From: an uncultured virus (IMG/VR IMGVR_UViG_2061766007_000501)
Taxonomy: Duplodnaviria; Heunggongvirae; Uroviricota; Caudoviricetes
Strand: one strand, 5' to 3'
IMG/VR virus record: IMGVR_UViG_2061766007_000501
Length of the DNA stretch: 64,000 bases
Shown: in pieces, positions 47,401 to 54,850 of the stretch
How positions within the stretch are numbered: position 1 is the stretch's first letter
Layout of the letters: the number at the start of each line of letters is the position of its first letter
The notes under the pieces: generated by a model
The model's input: only the letters and a program-made list of their open reading frames with translations
What the model was told of the DNA's origin: nothing
The model's database searches: none
Translations under genes and position numbers: made by a program

Positions 47401-50143
47401 GCGTGATTTGGCAAACCTAAAAGGCAGGCTGACTCGCAATGAAATCAACCAGGCACAGTTTGACACGATGAAGGTTGCATTGGAAAATAAAGCTGCAAAG
47501 GAAAAGGTTGCCTATGAGCAGGAAGCGGAGAGAATGCGCCAAGCTGCCGAGGCGGAAAATAGGCAAAGAGATTATGCTGGTCTGACATCCCTGACAGGTG
47601 TAGAACCTAATGACGTGGCAGGCGCTGAGGCTGAGGCAAAGCGGATGGTTGAAGAATACGAGCGTGAGCATAAGCCAGAGGATATCAAAGACCTATGGGA
47701 TAAAGTACGTGCCGCAACACGCAATACATTGGAGAAAATCTACAAGAGCGGTTTGTTGAGTAATGATGCGTATCAGAATACACTGAAAATGTTTGAGTAT
47801 TACATCCCACTACGTGGCTTTGATGAAGAAACAAGTGATAAGGTGTATGATTACCTCTATGACAATGACGGTCCCCTTAAAGGCAGGATATTACAATCCG
47901 CAGGAGGAAGACGCAGTAAGGCAGATAACCCGTTTGCATATATATCTCAGATGGCTGACAGAGGCATCATGGAGGGTAACCGCAACCGCATGAAGCAAAC
48001 CTTCTTGAACTTTGTGCTGAACCACCCTACCGACCTGGTGAGCGTGAGCGATATGTGGGTTGAGTATAATTCTCTGGCCAATGAAGGAAAAGGTGGATGG
48101 GTAGCCATATTTCCTGATATTGACCCAAAAGACACGCCAGAGGAAGTGCAACAGAAAATTGAGGATTTTGAAAAGCGTATGAAGGAACTGCACGACCAGC
48201 AGCCTGACAAATACAAGCGTATAAAAGAGGAACCCAATATCCCATACCGTGTGCTGAACAACAACCTGCGTGAGCATCAGGTAATAGTGAAGCGAAATGG
48301 CGTACCTACTGTGCTTACCATCAATGGCAACCCACGTGCGGCACAGGCGTTGAATGGCATGACTAATCCCGATACTCGCCTTAGCAAGCTGATGCAGGCC
48401 ATCAACGAGTGGTTAACACAAATGTTGCGCTTTATGAGCAACGTCTATACCACATTGTCCCCAGATTTTGTGCTCAGTAACTTCCTGCGTGACTTTGGCT
48501 ATACAGTTATCATGTCTGGCATGAAGGAGAATGCTAACTACTTGAAAGCATTTGAAAAGAACAGGCTCCGCTTTAACCCCATCACCATGCACAGGCTGTT
48601 TAAGAAGTTCCAAAATGGCACATTGGATGAAAACGATCCGATAGAAAAGATGTTCCATCAGTTTATGGTTAACGGTGGTGAGACTGGCTACACCAACGTT
48701 CTGGATATTCAGGGACACAAGAAGAAGATAGAGAATATATTGCGTAGAAATAATGGCAATACAGCCAAAAAAGCCTGGGATTTGCTGGCAGAGAATTATG
48801 ACCTGCTGAACAGGAGCGTGGAAAATGTGGCTCGCTTCGCTGCGTTTGTGACAAGTAGGGAAATGGGTGGAAGTGTTGAAAGGAGCATTTGGGATGCCAA
48901 GGAGATATCGGTCAACTTCAACAAGAAGGGCAGTGCCGACAGGTTCTTTAACAGCACAAGTACCACATGGCAGGGTAACGTCGCCGGCGGCATAGGTGCA
49001 ATAGGCAGGCTCACACAGGTATTCTTCAATGCTGCCGTGCAGGCACTCACTAATTTCTTAAGGGCATACAGTTATAACCCAAAGAAAATGACGGGAGCCA
49101 TAAGCGGTATTGCTCTTGTTGGCCTGCTGCAGCCAATCTTAGCAGAACTGCTCAGTGGCAATGATGACGACGACGGAGATTACTATGACCTGCCTGAATA
49201 TTTAAGACGTACCCATCTCTGTTTCCGTATTCCTGGCACAAAGAACTGGGTAACCATACCGATGACGCAGGAGCTGCGTGCCATCTTCGGATTTGGTGAA
49301 ATGGTATCAGGTATCATCACTGGCAAGGAGCCGCAGAATCCTGCAGATTTTACGATGAAAACCATTGAACTGGTCAGCCAGTCACTTCCTGTTGACATGT
49401 TTGAAGGTGCCGGAGGACTTAGTAAGTTTGTACCCTCACAGGTACAGCCAGCCTATGAGATATGGGTGAACAAGGATTGGACAGGACTACCAATCTACCG
49501 TCAAGATGTTTATCCTGGTGACGAGAACAAGCCTGAATGGACAATGGTATATAAGAGTACGGACAAGCATCTTGTCGAGGCCTCCAGATTACTGAGCCAC
49601 CTTTCAGGGGGTAAGGGAGAATACAAGCGAGGCTTTATCGAGATAAACCCTGCATGGGTGGAGCATTTGGGCGAAGGCTATCTTGGCGGTATATGGAATA
49701 CTTTCATAAAAAACAAGAAAACCATTGAAACTATCTTTGGACAAAGGGAGTTTGAGCCGAGAAATATGATGCTTTTGAACCGTGTGCTGTATCGCAGTGA
49801 TGAACGTTCACAGGGTAGAAAGACACAGGAACTGTTCTATAAATACAAGGAAGAAGCCGAAAAGACGAAAGCAGAGGTGAAAGGATACCAGAAGGAACTG
49901 GAAAAGAATGGGGACGTATTCGATGAGGCTGCAATGATTGACTACCTGAATTTCTCTGATGAGTATGGTCGCTATCAGATTTACGAAAAGTACCGTCCTG
50001 AGATAAATGCAGCCAAGAGGGGAAAGAAAGTTGCCATCAATGAAGAGGACAAGGTGAACGAAGAGTTCTATGAAAATGAGGAAAAACGCCTCATGAAAGA
50101 GATGGTTGACGAGATGGAACAGTTCAACAAGGAACGCAAATAG
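35426..50143 (+). CDS. Giant polyvalent ejection protein (PBECR-like x2, InPase, LPD5/LPD1, HExxH peptidases, RadC/JAB, LPD38-like)
   Basis: 4905 aa; EAGNYKKGH..GVDGDHIDVF..FDEHKVM; DFGEKIGGARKD; GVEFGNW..AHEWFHALD; HEYAH; HNHPSG; HENAH. Confidence 0.88.
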   Translation: MPVNDNLKWVYNQLTQKGANMGTIEDFEKAMGDEANRKWAYDYAGKQGINLGSMDDFTKAIVSAPVQQQYPQEVIDAYNDPNDAAPNFKDIAQINKEYQQRNAAKANNDTLPPMAPSVEQDTLMTGSIWGQPTQQQAQKADSDNTQVPMRPANELPFNGVSIEEMRRAQQQPEGYELEQGVGGRPWTMQQEAAWSSLTPSARRAAIGDEKLANQFEEYLKNQQRDELRSKNRYQVESLSQELDSLMNERAKAFDKEHTPMEQAMYASMTEGRSLLDTDKEYQTLSAAKRSLNDAQKIIDEADIAMKEGRYDEWYKQLGQFFQGAVRGFKNGAFDIRTWDFGGTDISDGSALLTALNKADKGEKLTRSQQALLDAKAIEMATQAYFGSELGRGYKAGLVTAESLPFMVEMMINPASTTGSAAANKMARYVVKRFGQEAMKKAGGKAAKIGARVLGDVVGAATMSATTGAGGVAADALKRQAGDIQFDTDEEGRSVFAGHENADDFATALRKSFLARTIENYSEMVGEYFSPLFGAAGKGLRTGLNKVGLGKVNDFIDNVSMSDIGQLVADFEKNAKWNGTFGEFAEEMVGGAMNALLVGDQSFNPKDENYVFDKDQMIDTFLGVGLMSGFFSAVQTTGYRTPKYRARQNMNRSEKEADAQFSNINKYQWDVIKAGIRSDDEDAQKQAMQAIMTDTSLSDQQKASFMEYVKNVQMYKGAMMGDNKRKEEGADTPEQLDAESNYDAGYEASDEQKNELKNQYEALRAEVLERFTFDKDYEPEVVLDSWTDNPVGMLMAVKNAGSSEESIQLLTDYINAKAAYDGMINRVQDDIDSEIAASDAQVDSQVNVKSGMVQPAVTKQGSEVYVMDGNVVMREDGSGIDLDNSSRDVIIKDKQTGKLAFVPVEDLDSIDYPINPEQLKAFNAKAIRQAKAQEQADLIDGKLAFAEGDTYQAMGEDGTPVEVTVISDNGDGTVNVGINGEASADPMGKDALQQMVDRYKLQQAQAANAERRADQAASQQEAAPAQPANNGRTYQLNEQVPVTLPNGTSGIAFVQGEPDADGNYEVELTDEAGNSLGVRLMSQQELNAMEVVPQSETTQATVNAPATASSQVVDNQEPGSSQPAVSNNQANIETEAMPMIGEGDEAVPDYGKVSPERTHKYIYTETGLNEKQADQLVGVMKKEAEKALKQAQKNEPQFGDKGIGTNINKFNKAHEEWGKKVADAQRQVEYWNAVEQEQASVVSQREQAAKEAAELEKLMNMTEAERIMQNNLARMEPRNLNELAAQMIGTGSIKLIRGSFKEETGYKTGEARKLLRIFAAKEDGGVSVDKAGELVEDMARALHIPFDETDANAGRNAVISVLGDVRTWGDLFHYIAKARQAEMDKANADQERYEAQQRDDWAQEHFNMSYDDYMAWENDYLPTIAEEYALTPDEVYEDISNDINKENNERVTTETSSGVEAGSAVLQGSQPADEGRTGEAGQQGNSEGNDIALRGENENVPEDASGSEVGGLTDNQGNLIDENGNLILDEVASVDDLTDEDFISPSRSVMLPVIPERVDNAIGGGGKRVIIKKNIFIKNRNTHKDLTPKDSRRILIEAIYKNNGHGQTQPVTKPNYWVVLRTSDPNRIVVLEVSNKKENIEVIGWHYTDAKGLEKLKKQAEREDGQLLIQTSDEAAAALSTLPSDVSASKDTTSTANNQEKEQENLQQQIENARQEVDANPTDAQKEAGNYKKGHIKLDGYDISIENPKGSTRSGTDASGKPWSVTMNNDYGYIRMTEGVDGDHIDVFLSDNPSEGNVYVIDQVKPDGTFDEHKVMYGFNSEEEAKQDYFANYSPGWKGLGTITGVSKDEFKKWVESSHRKTKPFAEYKSVEPLEQSNQKVSAAESKPAKKVTVTNTKKIDDFGEKIGGARKDVARDRIRTTRSMTGKDLKSLKKGPDDILSGANILRLYKEGQMDEATARSFLAFNNAVKSAKDSVFAGVIALRKYRDAAVAWEEGKPVKFEVTDADLEEYKAGFSIPISDEKAKEDLDYRITEPFNAYMSTYEAINYPAVERRLAQRVIVDHSKGKHAHLYGRPYWYKSSFHANSGWPFSTMSDAVRKMESENPVVEKKDKKSAKGEGAEHGLRVVEDGYRYYIKSRNIPGTIYLSQGFLRKKDAEAYLNDNLEKLIEKETNMVDALMGSNIGMAEREGVDYRNGKDVTPDDFLNEFGFRGVEFGNWVPQAERQMYLNKTYDAIKDFCAIVGISPKAFSLGGRLGLAFGARGHSRAMAHYEPAKEVINLTRMSGVGSLAHEWFHALDNYLAKQKTGNISDMASVTNDTVREEVGDVWKEMRTAMKQLDYHRRSTRAGEYWGRTEEEFARLFENYIYNKLAEKQAKSPVLVRQDILLDYIDGVERNSWPYPSAAENEQMKPLFDKLFDTIQEKTDGNGKAVLFHKMPNSFLEKEADAKETGLRNALTDLMKQAGVEVITDVEEGQRVLDEAGDKAKKVAIVQNIENGINALQRIAAGEERVPAAMTRNDLSQYGGDNNITFYYGKTGNPKKDYKKGYGVSHIGGKHGAETLLKLLNVIATGKIDRYVSGNKTIVLTDGEYEVLLALTRFGNKETWLFNGWRKDEKTGADGEVSTHSDATQANPTFSREDLGAVLSDANIQSLIESAKEKEEKINKQKIEAPIFYFRTPDGQAYGYTLNGKIYIDPRIATAETPIHEYAHLWAEALRAANQKEWENVVSLMKGTPVWDEVKQTYPELTNDNDIAEEVLAQYSGRKGAERLRKAQDEAMKKAGTDVFARAEAISAFDSVRRALSRFWQAVADFLHIHYTSAEEVADRVLYDLLQGTNPLNTSKVNAQSEVRPQKAGEPALQLSLSDMTDDELLENAMRNGLNTPGDTFGNEYDRRHEDEYADFYNQMEQELKDNPISREEVEARMADLMKRWERGAYMTPERTAIQAQLMALDDYQADMADAEVDAEVPEDFTPGVQPKQENDNATTYVTTKGKKVEYKQLSLDFTEQEDEAETKPAVETKQQEKPVGKDLTQVRLRELQEGEVCYAERRFTEDKSFVLTGGNNKIETVADVAYIFRCLQDKAIEHAFMVFVKNGEPTIVHVGMGTINQTNVDFAPLAALAEDMQPDEIYFVHNHPSGNLQPSKADMSLVSGFRKAIKSDIPLTNLIIDTYKHQYRVFAGNSSYIDEGEVRNDNGENRQLPLFAFDERVFHDNFLPRKISSSADVFITASLLRLGDNKKIGYVVMDQAATVMGNLYLPVSNVRDITEDMMRDMIKNIMLMNGTQIALHGTAKFINREVTQFTKAFNTLSKGEVRVTDVIAMNGADGDYQGYYSAHDNDVMEPNSVYGTVNEPGGTITYNEVRDDGNVPQKTGKGYKVFVLKDGKLYPPMVANPNGAATPVGVWLEAHAAPVAGTSKTGRPQVKAGGKGTQGGSGTSAYRPGWHLGEIPYAKQFNRVDENGNKNLFPANFVWAEVEYANDVDYQEEARKEGTNANGKYQHSLAGLKRVPENGSYRYRTNPDPTTDEWIITGAMKVNRILTPSEVDEMVRAAGREPQKRQEGAVTDEQVGELNENLFGIPQRRAGEDLFAFAERVANGYDKRRSEAASNVARDSGKEEIPLSHDEAVAQAKQYEQEHKGAARTIVLDKSGDMVQQLVDAGVSRDVAQEWVDEGDSDAAYNEFHDIVIIFNPRVGKDTLNGYLCHENAHRYLDSLPADERARLVDMVYRRLSNANKKLKEIADYVHEAYADRSDEEQKEEFVCHFLQRAAMTKKMTLGENVEYVIEHFDKYGELNILRDIITFIDNGRQEETGNGQLSGRQRGRMEDEMRTPDFEKEKRKKDIVSNPSGVNITMRDKAAARAAYEKEVSSASYQAREALQDSMRGLHALYKAVLGKAFTKIEDVPGFENAYTAENRLSSESSGQQEEYGVKFMVPLLDAVSRLTGNDKDGENMNKLTDYMMAKHGLERNRVLAARDARRVSDDWLRDALQNLNGNLKRDLANLKGRLTRNEINQAQFDTMKVALENKAAKEKVAYEQEAERMRQAAEAENRQRDYAGLTSLTGVEPNDVAGAEAEAKRMVEEYEREHKPEDIKDLWDKVRAATRNTLEKIYKSGLLSNDAYQNTLKMFEYYIPLRGFDEETSDKVYDYLYDNDGPLKGRILQSAGGRRSKADNPFAYISQMADRGIMEGNRNRMKQTFLNFVLNHPTDLVSVSDMWVEYNSLANEGKGGWVAIFPDIDPKDTPEEVQQKIEDFEKRMKELHDQQPDKYKRIKEEPNIPYRVLNNNLREHQVIVKRNGVPTVLTINGNPRAAQALNGMTNPDTRLSKLMQAINEWLTQMLRFMSNVYTTLSPDFVLSNFLRDFGYTVIMSGMKENANYLKAFEKNRLRFNPITMHRLFKKFQNGTLDENDPIEKMFHQFMVNGGETGYTNVLDIQGHKKKIENILRRNNGNTAKKAWDLLAENYDLLNRSVENVARFAAFVTSREMGGSVERSIWDAKEISVNFNKKGSADRFFNSTSTTWQGNVAGGIGAIGRLTQVFFNAAVQALTNFLRAYSYNPKKMTGAISGIALVGLLQPILAELLSGNDDDDGDYYDLPEYLRRTHLCFRIPGTKNWVTIPMTQELRAIFGFGEMVSGIITGKEPQNPADFTMKTIELVSQSLPVDMFEGAGGLSKFVPSQVQPAYEIWVNKDWTGLPIYRQDVYPGDENKPEWTMVYKSTDKHLVEASRLLSHLSGGKGEYKRGFIEINPAWVEHLGEGYLGGIWNTFIKNKKTIETIFGQREFEPRNMMLLNRVLYRSDERSQGRKTQELFYKYKEEAEKTKAEVKGYQKELEKNGDVFDEAAMIDYLNFSDEYGRYQIYEKYRPEINAAKRGKKVAINEEDKVNEEFYENEEKRLMKEMVDEMEQFNKERK

Positions 50144-50176
50144 TTAAAATAAGTTCTAGCCATGATTAGTTTTCGT

Positions 50177-50216
50177 GCAGGGGTTGTGTCGTGATTTGGC
50201 GCAGCCCCTGATTTAT
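50177..50216 (+). terminator. Intrinsic terminator
   Basis: CAGGGGTTGTGTC..GGCGCAGCCCCTG plus T-rich tail; near copy at 53228-53269. Confidence 0.65.
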
Positions 50217-50417
50217 TGCCATCAGACATCCGCTTCAATAGTTAAATAAATATAAAGCAGGGTATAGGCAAGGTGCGTGCCTATTTTGGGCTCTGAAAAT
50301 AAATCGTGAAAACTCTTGTAAGTGAAATATTTTTCCGTACCTTTGCCGTGCTTTGCAAAGCTACACGTGTATAGAGAGAGACAACAGATTGTTTAACTAA
50401 TTCAAAATTTGAGAGAG

Positions 50418-50960
50418 ATGAGTTTGATGTTTAAGAAAGTGAGCTCGACACTGAAATTCGACAAGCAGAACCCCAAGACAGTGTTCCGACTGCAGACGGT
50501 GCGCCAGTCGAAGGTGACGAGCGAGCAGCTAATTAATGACGTTCACCGTGCATCTGGCGTAAACAAGGCGCAGACGCAGGCGGTGATTGAGGGTCTGATG
50601 GACAGCCTCTGCCATTTCATGGACTTGGGTCACACGGTGCAGATGGGTGGCTTTGGCACATTCCGGCCATACTTCCGAACCAAGGCACAGGACAGCCTTG
50701 ACAAGGTGGGTGCAGACAATGTGGTGAGCTGCAAAATACAGTTCTATCCTGGCAGGCAACTGAGGACGGTGATGAAGAACATTTTGCTGGAGGACAGTGA
50801 GCCTGGTCCCGACAATGACGAGATGATAGCAGTGGCTACCGCAAGCGGTGTAATTCCCGTCAGTGGTAACCAGCCTTCAGGAGGTGGCAGCACACCTGGT
50901 GGCGGTGGCAACACAGGTGGTGATGGCGGCGGAAACGGTGACGACGACCTGGACATCTGA
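50418..50960 (+). CDS. HU-like DNA-binding protein (Bacteroidetes HU-HIG type)
   Basis: LGHTVQMGGFGTFRP, KIQFYPG, Gly-rich tail. Confidence 0.88.
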   Translation: MSLMFKKVSSTLKFDKQNPKTVFRLQTVRQSKVTSEQLINDVHRASGVNKAQTQAVIEGLMDSLCHFMDLGHTVQMGGFGTFRPYFRTKAQDSLDKVGADNVVSCKIQFYPGRQLRTVMKNILLEDSEPGPDNDEMIAVATASGVIPVSGNQPSGGGSTPGGGGNTGGDGGGNGDDDLDI

Positions 50961-51163
50961 AAGCCTTGATGAGGCTGTGTGATAGGCGAGGGGGCTGTAC
51001 CTTTTTGGTACAACCCCCTTCTCCTTTCAGCACACCGCTTGCCTCGTGTGAGTCATGCAGCGTGAGTGCAGGGAGGTGCGCCCGATGCCTCACTATACTT
51101 GTCGGGCATGATGTCTGATGCCTCCCTGCCTCTGCATTTGGTGAGACTCTATCTTATGCTATT

Positions 51164-52030
51164 TTACGTTATTGCATAATCTGCACTGGTTATCGCCTTG
51201 ATGGCCTTGCGTGGGTTCCACTGGTTTTCCATCAGAGCAACGATGAAACGTTTCCCCTTCTCTCTCCAAACCGTATATTGGTTGGTGTTTATGGAGCCAT
51301 CGCTACGGGTGAAGGTCTGCGTCCTGACGGAGTGCAGTCCCCAGCTCGTGTATGGCGAACGGAGCATCCACATACCGCTCTGACGGTAGATGATGCCTGC
51401 ATCCTTTAACTTCTGGGTAAGCATGTGCACCTCCAGTCCTACCGACTTGGCGATCTGTGTAGTGGTCATGGTGTTCTGGCTCTGCATGGTCATGTCGTAG
51501 TAGTTCACCTTGGGAGCCTGCTTCTTCAGCTCCTCATCCTGCAGCTCTATCACGGCATCCTTCTGCTCTATGGCCACCTGCTGACTCATGTTGTCAGCCT
51601 CCAGGCTCCTGATGCGTTCCTGCTGCCTTTCGATGGTCTTCTGTCCAATCTGCAGGGCACGTGCCATGATTTCCTCATCGGTCATCTGCCCGGTAGTGGC
51701 AATATAGCCGCCAGTCTTGCGGATGGAGGGAAGAACTTCTGATGTCACCCACTTGCGGAAAGGCTTGGCTTGCTCGCTGTCAGAACGGATGATTACGTCA
51801 TATAGTCCACTTTCGGTGACAAATATCACTTGTTGTGTGCGTCCAAGGCTGTCGATGGTGTCCACCAGATGGACATCATCTTCCTCCAGTCTGTTTTTCA
51901 CGTTTCTGGCGTTGGTTATCCCGACAGCCTTACATACATCACTAAGGCAGAACATGGGATTTTCTGCCGTTCCTGCAGTCCTAATCTCTCCAAACTGCTC
52001 ACTTTTGAAAATCTGAATCGTATTATTCAT
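51164..52030 (-). CDS. Bro-N plus ANT/KilAC antirepressor
   Basis: FGEIRT..PMFCLSDVC..FRKWVTSEVLPSIRKTGGY; APKVNYYD..TTTQIAK. Confidence 0.92.
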   Translation of the reverse strand: MNNTIQIFKSEQFGEIRTAGTAENPMFCLSDVCKAVGITNARNVKNRLEEDDVHLVDTIDSLGRTQQVIFVTESGLYDVIIRSDSEQAKPFRKWVTSEVLPSIRKTGGYIATTGQMTDEEIMARALQIGQKTIERQQERIRSLEADNMSQQVAIEQKDAVIELQDEELKKQAPKVNYYDMTMQSQNTMTTTQIAKSVGLEVHMLTQKLKDAGIIYRQSGMWMLRSPYTSWGLHSVRTQTFTRSDGSINTNQYTVWREKGKRFIVALMENQWNPRKAIKAITSADYAIT

Positions 52031-52059
52031 ATAACACTATAAAATTTGATGGTTCATAA

Positions 52060-52356
52060 TTATACTGCCACATCCTCCCTGGATTCCACAAACCTCCAAA
52101 GATACTCGATGAACACAGGAAGCATCCCGATATTATCGGCAACACCCTTGGCATCGATGCCGGACTTAGACCAACCTGCCTGAATAGCATAGTCGATAAC
52201 AAGATTGGTGATTTCTTTAAGAAAATCCTCTGGGGTGGTGTAAGCCTCAAAGAACTCCAATAACAGAGATGCATTGTACGTGGATTTCGCTCCACAGGGC
52301 GTGATCAGGACACTACTGTTCTTCGTACCCATCTCAATTTCATTACTCATTGCCAT
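52060..52356 (-). CDS. Hypothetical protein upstream of antirepressor
   Basis: 98 aa ORF between leader and Bro gene. Confidence 0.6.
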   Translation of the reverse strand: MAMSNEIEMGTKNSSVLITPCGAKSTYNASLLLEFFEAYTTPEDFLKEITNLVIDYAIQAGWSKSGIDAKGVADNIGMLPVFIEYLWRFVESREDVAV

Positions 52357-52391
52357 TTCACTAATGAAATTAAGTTAAACATTAAGTATAT

Positions 52392-52602
52392 AAAAAGATG
52401 CCGCCAGAGCATCCACTTCGCGGCAACGAGTACTCAGGGTTAAAAACGCAAGAGCAGTGAAGGATGTCTGGCGGCAAGTATTCTGCATACTATGCCACAC
52501 TAAGGCACAAAAAAATATGCCTTGCAGATTTACTTAACCCTCGATGTCTGATACAAAGACGAATCGTTAGCCTCGTTGCCATTGAAGCTTTGTGCAAAGA
52601 TA
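52392..52602 (-). ncRNA. Structured leader/attenuator RNA of the antirepressor operon
   Basis: TATCTTTG promoter, terminator-like stem TGCCGCCAGA/TCTGGCGGCA, two long-range complementary pairs. Confidence 0.55.
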
Positions 52603-52672
52603 AAAAGTAATTAACTAATATGCAAGAAAAACGCAAAAAATTATCAAGAAAAATTGGATACCTATTATATAA

Positions 52673-53134
52673 TTAGATTTTGTTCAGGTGCCAATTAGTC
52701 TTACTCTTGAACCAAACGGCGTATTTCTTTTGCTCATATCTTGTAAAAATCCATGCTATGCCAAAAATACCTACTGGCCATAAAACAAAAGCTATCCAAC
52801 TATCAAGAATAATAAGAATTACAATACATAAAATTGACCAAAGTGTGGAAGCTGCCTTTATATAAATCTTGTTTTTATGCTGGACGCGTAGAAACTCATT
52901 GAGTTTTTCATATCCTCCATTATCAGCAAGTTCCTTTCCCCGAGGTTCAACATACCAAACCTTGCCTTCTTTTGTCCATTTGCTATCGATAAACCTATCA
53001 TAAGCCAATACATCAAGTGCGTCCCTATCATGCCAATCAACATCAGTATCTCTAGTTACGCCATTCTTGATCATTTGTTTTAGCAGCCTATCAGCTTCAA
53101 ACTCTACATATAAATATTCGAACCTGTTTTTCAT
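52673..53134 (-). CDS. AT-rich 2-TM membrane protein (moron)
   Basis: Own -7 box near 53173; two C-terminal TMs. Confidence 0.65.
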   Translation of the reverse strand: MKNRFEYLYVEFEADRLLKQMIKNGVTRDTDVDWHDRDALDVLAYDRFIDSKWTKEGKVWYVEPRGKELADNGGYEKLNEFLRVQHKNKIYIKAASTLWSILCIVILIILDSWIAFVLWPVGIFGIAWIFTRYEQKKYAVWFKSKTNWHLNKI

Positions 53135-53374
53135 GATACATAACTTTAATATGTTTTACATAAACATGCTGGCAAAGATATACTAAATACTCAGAATAAA
53201 CAAGAGCTTCCTGTGTATAATTCCGTGCAGGGGTTGTGTCAGGATATGGCGCAGCTCCTGCTTTTTTTTGTTAACGGATAAAGCGATGAGGCTGTAAGGA
53301 GCAACTAACTTTGTCGTGGTGATATCCTGTATGTGTTTCGCAGGGTATTGCTGCAATAATCCTGGGAATGGGGT

Positions 53375-53522
53375 AAAAAAGAGAGCCCCTGGCCAGTCGA
53401 TTAAAAATGTCTCACTAAATTTAAACGAATATCCTTGGTAGGAAAAGATGGCCAGGGGCTCAGTAAGCCGCTACTTTTCCTGTCAAGGGTAATTGTTTTA
53501 TTAGTGAGACACTGCAAAGATA
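53375..53522 (-). ncRNA. Candidate small RNA
   Basis: -7 box at 53515-53522, 13-bp stem GAGCCCCTGGCCA plus U-run, no ORF. Confidence 0.5.
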
Positions 53523-53534
53523 CACATTATTTTT

Positions 53535-53768
53535 ATGAAAGCAATAGAAGTGGTCAGAATTATGGCCATCGGTATGAAAATTCTGTCAGAAGCTGACATT
53601 AAAACGAATGATTACCGCTACATCCAGCTGTATGATGAGTATCTGAAACTCAGGCGTGAGGGTAATAAATACGACTATGTTATTACCGTTCTTTCTGAGC
53701 GGTACAAGTTGAGCCAAAGCACCGTCAGCAGGCTGATACGCAGGCTTGGCAAGGCTGTCAAAACGTGA
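53535..53768 (+). CDS. Mor-like small HTH protein
   Basis: LSERYKLSQSTVSRLIRRL. Confidence 0.7.
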   Translation: MKAIEVVRIMAIGMKILSEADIKTNDYRYIQLYDEYLKLRREGNKYDYVITVLSERYKLSQSTVSRLIRRLGKAVKT

Positions 53769-53887
53769 CATAACGAATGACCCTAATCATTTCTTAACGT
53801 ATATATTAAGCCGTAACTTTGGGCTATGGTTATTGCGCAATGCCATTAATGTAATCAAAAAGTTAAACCAATTAAAAATTACAACGT

Positions 53888-54844
53888 ATGGCAACAGAAG
53901 TTATTTCTATTCCCGAAAATGGAGCAGGCGGCAGCAACACCGTACCTGCATGGTATCCTGCCATGATGAACGGAGGCCTGGGCGGTGGTCTTGGCCTTGG
54001 CGGTTGGGGTGGCGGCATCCTGGGTTTCCTCATTGGATTGATGTTTGGTAACAACGGCTTTGGCGGTGGCTTGTTTGGCGGTGGCTATCGTAACAATGCA
54101 GCAGGCACTGCCTATCTTGGCAACATGATCAGCAACGACAATGGACGTGATTTGCTGATGCAGGCAATCAACAATAGCGGGGAGCGCAGCACGCAAGCTG
54201 TGCAGCAGCTCTCAACCATGATTGGTCAGGACTTCAATCTGGTGAACGGTGCCGTGCAGAACCTGCAGACTGCCTTGAACCAGGTGGCGAATGCGCAAGG
54301 CATCAATGCTCTGCAGGTCATCAACGCCATCCAGGCAGGCAACGCAAGCCTGGCAAGCCAGTTTGCTCAGTGCTGCTGCGAGAACCGTCTAGGCATGTGT
54401 CAGCAGACCAATGCCATCAACCAGGGCTTTGCCGGCGTACAGCAGAGCATAGCAGCCAAGAGTGCAGCAGACCAGTTATCAACTTGCCAGCAGACATACG
54501 CTCTGACCGACACCATGAACCGCAACTATCTTGCTCTTGACAACAAGATCGATGCGATGGAGTCAAGCCGCAAAGACCGTGAGTTGGCAGCCAAGGATGC
54601 GGAAATCGCAACTCTGAAATCACAGAACTTCACGGCAGGCATCGTGCAGCAGGCAGTGGCTCCTATCAACGCACAGCTGGCTGGCCTTGCCAAGGAGGTG
54701 GATGACATCAAGTGCAAGCAGCCTTCAACGGTAAGCGTGCAGTATCCCAACCTTGTGGCTATGAACGCTACCCCTTATGTAAGCGGTGGCTTCTATCCCA
54801 ACGGCAACGGCTTCAGTGGCTGGGGTGGTAACGTGGTGTTCTGA
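53888..54844 (+). CDS. Gly-rich, CCC-motif coiled-coil phage protein
   Basis: GLGGGLGLGGWGG TM-like stretch, AQCCCENR. Confidence 0.8.
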   Translation: MATEVISIPENGAGGSNTVPAWYPAMMNGGLGGGLGLGGWGGGILGFLIGLMFGNNGFGGGLFGGGYRNNAAGTAYLGNMISNDNGRDLLMQAINNSGERSTQAVQQLSTMIGQDFNLVNGAVQNLQTALNQVANAQGINALQVINAIQAGNASLASQFAQCCCENRLGMCQQTNAINQGFAGVQQSIAAKSAADQLSTCQQTYALTDTMNRNYLALDNKIDAMESSRKDRELAAKDAEIATLKSQNFTAGIVQQAVAPINAQLAGLAKEVDDIKCKQPSTVSVQYPNLVAMNATPYVSGGFYPNGNGFSGWGGNVVF

Positions 54845-54850
54845 TAAAGC

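Noticed and set aside
35478..49934. Many antisense and alternate-frame ORFs inside the giant gene
   Set aside because: Shadow ORFs with no recognisable motifs
10272..50143. Stop-codon reassignment as in some gut phages
   Set aside because: Long genes are intact under the standard code, and TAG/TGA act as stops
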